NCBI GenBank assembly: GCA_963700145.1
Contig: OY969474.1
Location: forward strand, 2,144,001-2,208,000
Direction: 5' to 3'
From: an uncultured Acidobacteriota bacterium
Lineage (GTDB): Bacteria; Acidobacteriota; Thermoanaerobaculia; Multivoradales; UBA5704
Length of the DNA stretch: 64,000 nucleotides
Each line of letters starts with the position of its first letter. Within the stretch, counting starts at the first letter, position 1. The notes beneath the pieces were generated by a model that was given only the letters and a program-made list of their open reading frames with translations, had not been told where the DNA came from and did no database searches. The translations under genes and the position numbers were made by a program. This document shows positions 60,794 to 64,000 of the stretch, piece by piece.

Positions 60794-61516
60794 ATGCGCC
60801 CCGCATGGCCGCTTCTCGTCCTGCTCAGTGTCACGATGCCCTCCTTGGCGGCGGGGACGGCGCCCGCCGCGGCAGAGACGGACGCGCCGGCCGAGCCGCT
60901 CGCCGTCCAGGTGCTGCTCGACCGCGCCGGCTTCTCGCCCGGCGTCGTGGACGGGGAGTGGGGCGGCAACAGCGTCAAGGCGCTCGCCGCCTTCCAGGAG
61001 GCGCACGGCCTCGCGGTGTCGCGCCGGCTCGACGAGGAGACGCGCGAGAACCTCGCCGCCGCCGCCGGCACCGAGCGCCACCTGGCGAGGTACGAGGTCG
61101 CCGCCGAGGACCTCGACGGCGGCTGGCAGCGCCTGGCCGAGACGTTCCACACGACACCCGATTTCCTCCGGCGGCTCAACCCCGGCCTCGAGCCGGCGCC
61201 CGGCGTCGAGCTGCAGGTGCCGAACGTGCGGCCGGCAGGCGGCGCGGCGGGCGGCGGCAGCGGCAGGGTACAGGTCGTCGTGGCGCAAGGGGACGGCACC
61301 CTCGTCGTCGAGAACGGCTCGGACGTCCTGTTCTTCGCTCCGCTCGCGGCCGGCGGACGGCGCGGGCCGCCACCGCCCGGCGCGGGGAAGGTGCGCGCGG
61401 TCGAGGCAGGAGCGGTCTGCACCGAGTCTCACGGCTGCGTGCGCTTGACCAACTGGGACGCGCGGCGCGTGGCCGAGCTGGTGCGGCCGGGGACGCGCGT
61501 CGTCTTCCAACCGTGA
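60794..61516 (+). CDS. Peptidoglycan-binding plus shortened L,D-transpeptidase (YkuD) protein
   Basis: QVLLDRAGFSPGVVDG...AFQEAHGL and SHGCVRLTNWDA; the upstream catalytic His segment is not visible. Confidence 0.7.
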   Translation: MRPAWPLLVLLSVTMPSLAAGTAPAAAETDAPAEPLAVQVLLDRAGFSPGVVDGEWGGNSVKALAAFQEAHGLAVSRRLDEETRENLAAAAGTERHLARYEVAAEDLDGGWQRLAETFHTTPDFLRRLNPGLEPAPGVELQVPNVRPAGGAAGGGSGRVQVVVAQGDGTLVVENGSDVLFFAPLAAGGRRGPPPPGAGKVRAVEAGAVCTESHGCVRLTNWDARRVAELVRPGTRVVFQP

Positions 61517-62196
61517 GCGACGAGAAGCCGCGGAGCGGCTGTGGCCTGGCGGCTGCCGGGCTGGGCGGGTTCGTGCTCGGCGCCCTGTCGGTGTTGCTGG
61601 TCGTCTGGGCGACGCTGCGGGAGCCGGCGCGCGACGCGGCGCCGGAGACCGCCCCGCCGGCGACCGCCGCCCCCGCCGCGCCCGCGGCCCCGAAGACGCA
61701 GGGCGCGATGCCGCCGCTCGCCGGCCACCACGGTCCCGAGCCCGTGTCGGTGCCGCCCCCGACCGAGCTGACGCAGCGGGACCTCCTGCTGCCGGTCCAG
61801 GGCGTCGAGCGCGAGGCCCTCAGCGACAACTTCCACGACCTGCGCGGCGACCGCACGCACGAGGCGCTCGACATCATGGCGCCGCGCGGCACGCCGGTCC
61901 TGGCGGTCGACGACGGCAAGATCGCCAAGATCTTCAACAGCGAGCGCGGCGGGCTGACGGTCTACCAGTTCGACCCCGCCGGCACCTACACCTACTACTA
62001 CGCCCACCTCGACCGCTACGCGCCGGGCCTGAAGGAAGGCGCCGCGGTGCGCCGCGGCCAGGTCCTCGGCTACGTCGGCTCGACCGGCAATGCCGGCGAA
62101 GACAGCCCGCACCTCCACTTCGCCATCTTCCGCATGGGCCCCGAGAAGCGCTGGTGGGAGGGGACGCCGATCAACCCCTTCCCGCTGTTCCGGTGA
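61513..62196 (+). CDS. M23-family metallopeptidase
   Basis: HEALDIMAPRGTPV, YYAHL, GYVGSTGNA and PHLHF motifs. Confidence 0.92.
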   Translation: MSDEKPRSGCGLAAAGLGGFVLGALSVLLVVWATLREPARDAAPETAPPATAAPAAPAAPKTQGAMPPLAGHHGPEPVSVPPPTELTQRDLLLPVQGVEREALSDNFHDLRGDRTHEALDIMAPRGTPVLAVDDGKIAKIFNSERGGLTVYQFDPAGTYTYYYAHLDRYAPGLKEGAAVRRGQVLGYVGSTGNAGEDSPHLHFAIFRMGPEKRWWEGTPINPFPLFR

Positions 62197-62227
62197 GGTG
62201 CTACCCTCGAACGAGGAGCTTCAAACC

Positions 62228-62461
62228 GTGGCCAAGACCATCACCGCCCTCTTCGACGGCGAGAACCTCAAACCCTCGGACCCGGTGGACCTCGAAGCGG
62301 ACCGCTCCTACCGAGTGACCATCGAGGAGCTGACGCCCGAGCCGCGAGCCGGCGATGCCTGGAGCGAGCTGACCGCGCTCGCCGGGACGGTCGAGGCGCC
62401 GCCCGATTGGGCCGCACAGCACGATCATTACCTCTACGGATCGCCGAAGCGCACCTCCTAG
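62228..62461 (+). CDS. AF2212/DUF104-like antitoxin
   Basis: KTITALFDGENLKP...APPDWAAQHDHYLYG. Confidence 0.75.
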   Translation: MAKTITALFDGENLKPSDPVDLEADRSYRVTIEELTPEPRAGDAWSELTALAGTVEAPPDWAAQHDHYLYGSPKRTS

Positions 62462-62467
62462 GTGGAG

Positions 62468-62736
62468 ATGGCCAGGGACCGCCTGCTTCTCGACACCGTC
62501 TACGTCCAGGCCCTTCTCAACCGCAACGCTACCGCACGCCGAACATCCGGACGGTCAGCGTGGACACGGCGCTGCTGAGGAAGGCCCTCGAGCTCTACCG
62601 GAGCCGCGACGACAAGGAATGGGGGCTGACCGACTGCATCTCGATGGTCGTGATGCAGGAGCAAGGGCTCGTCGAGGTCGTCACCGCGGACCGCCACTTC
62701 AAGCAGGCCGGCTTTCGCGCCTCGCTCCTCGACTGA
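62468..62736 (+). pseudogene. VapC PIN toxin with an internal deletion and frameshift
   Basis: MARDRLLLDTVYVQALLNRN jumps out of frame to ...DKEWGLTDCISMVVM...TADRHFKQAGF. Confidence 0.85.
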
Positions 62737-62750
62737 CCGTCGGGCACGGC

Positions 62751-64000
62751 CTACTCCTCGGTCTCTCCCTCCTCCGCTGCCGCCTCGGCCGGCGGCAGGG
62801 GCTCGGCCTTCCGCAGGTCGGCGAGGCGGTCGCGGACCTGTTGGGCGCTATCGGCGGGGAGGAGGAGCACGACGTCGCGGCCGGAGGCGCGGGCGGGGAC
62901 GAGGCCTTCGGCGGTCGGCGGGTAGAGGGTCAGCGTCTCGCCCTTCGGCGGGCCGCCGTTGAGGACGATCGTGAGGACCGGCCGGTCGAGCGCGATCCCG
63001 GCCGCGCGCGCCTCCTCGACGGTGAGCAGCCGGTCGGCCTTGGCGCCGAGGGCGGCGAAGAGGAGGTCGGAGACGGCGGTGAAGGAGATCAGGTCCTTGC
63101 CGCGCTTCCAGTCGGTGTCGGCGCGCACCACCTCGACCGTGCCGGCGGGGTCGGTGAAGCGGGCGCGGTCCACCTCGAAGACCTCGAGCCCGCTCCAGAC
63201 GTGCGAGCGCCAGGCGCGCGGCTCGCGCGCCACCGCATCGTCCAGGTCGTTGCGGGCGGCGAAGACCTGGCCACCGACGCGGGTCGCGGTGAGCCCCCCG
63301 GGGCCGGTCGTCCCCAGCTCGATGCGCGCCGGCGGCGTGCCGCCCGAGAACGTCACCTCGAGGACCCCGCGCGGCGGCGCGAGCCCGTACTCGGCGGCCC
63401 GCCCGCGCTCCAGGAAGCTCTCGGCGCGCAGGTTGGTCAGGTCGGAGAGCAGGCCGTCGGCGAGGTCGCGGTCGGCGCGGTCGGCGGCCGGCTGCGCGAG
63501 CCGGAAGTCCTCCCCGTCCTTGACCAGGACGACCGGCGGCACCCCGGGGCCGGCGCGCAGGGCGATGCGCTGGACGTCCGCCCGCTCGCCGGGAAACATC
63601 TCGCGGCCGCGCCACTCCGCCGGCGGGCGCTGGAGGTCGGTCAGGACCGTGTCGTCGACGACGTAGGCCTCGTCCTCGCCGGGCGGGCCGACCACGACCT
63701 TCGCGCCGGTCGGCACCGCGGCGCCGATCGCCAGCTCCTTCGTGCCTTCCTCGGTCTCCAGCCGGATGCGGCCGCGCGGCTTCGCCAAGCCCACATCGCC
63801 GAGCTTCACCTCTTCCAGCGTGCGCGCCTTCTCGAGCGCAAGGAGAGCTTCGAGGAGGCGCGCCACCGCCGCCGGGTCGGCCTCGACGACCTCGCCGTCG
63901 AAGCGTGGCCGCGCGATCCGCCAGCGCTCCTCGACGACGGGCTCCTCCAGCTCGGCTCCCTCCTCGCCCTCGTCCTCGTCGTCCGCGCCTTCCTCGTCCG
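62751..64000 (-). CDS. DUF4340-like domain protein; 5' end outside the window
   Basis: Repeated units WRIARP...AD...LL.L..L.A...GL..P..WR. Confidence 0.7.
   Translation of the reverse strand, partial: DEEGADDEDEGEEGAELEEPVVEERWRIARPRFDGEVVEADPAAVARLLEALLALEKARTLEEVKLGDVGLAKPRGRIRLETEEGTKELAIGAAVPTGAKVVVGPPGEDEAYVVDDTVLTDLQRPPAEWRGREMFPGERADVQRIALRAGPGVPPVVLVKDGEDFRLAQPAADRADRDLADGLLSDLTNLRAESFLERGRAAEYGLAPPRGVLEVTFSGGTPPARIELGTTGPGGLTATRVGGQVFAARNDLDDAVAREPRAWRSHVWSGLEVFEVDRARFTDPAGTVEVVRADTDWKRGKDLISFTAVSDLLFAALGAKADRLLTVEEARAAGIALDRPVLTIVLNGGPPKGETLTLYPPTAEGLVPARASGRDVVLLLPADSAQQVRDRLADLRKAEPLPPAEAAAEEGETEE

Overview
Very GC-rich bacterial chromosomal segment. The Acidobacteriota-style duplicated ABC permeases and the VWA/TPR gene pair suggest Acidobacteriota, possibly Thermoanaerobaculia (inference only). 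Housekeeping genes (polA, smpB, selB, a MoaB/Mog protein, a CNT nucleoside transporter, FadL/SGNH, a MacAB-like ABC exporter cluster) are interleaved with many small accessory pieces: about eight toxin-antitoxin modules (half broken), an IS3 and an IS256 element, a decayed attC-like cassette array, several REP/REPIN-like hairpins and three 20-21 bp tandem arrays. The strongest candidates for undescribed systems are three. (1) A small GIY-YIG nuclease gene is enclosed by (C/T)GTCATCC...GGATGAC(G/A) terminal inverted repeats, and two 106-bp gene-less derivatives of the same element occur elsewhere in the window. (2) A recurring architecture has TA/defence cassettes sitting between a host gene and a decayed copy of that gene or its 3' end. 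(3) A divergent HTH regulator, palindromic operator, 20-bp array and small helical protein form a compact module. All assignments come from reading motifs by eye; no database searches were run.
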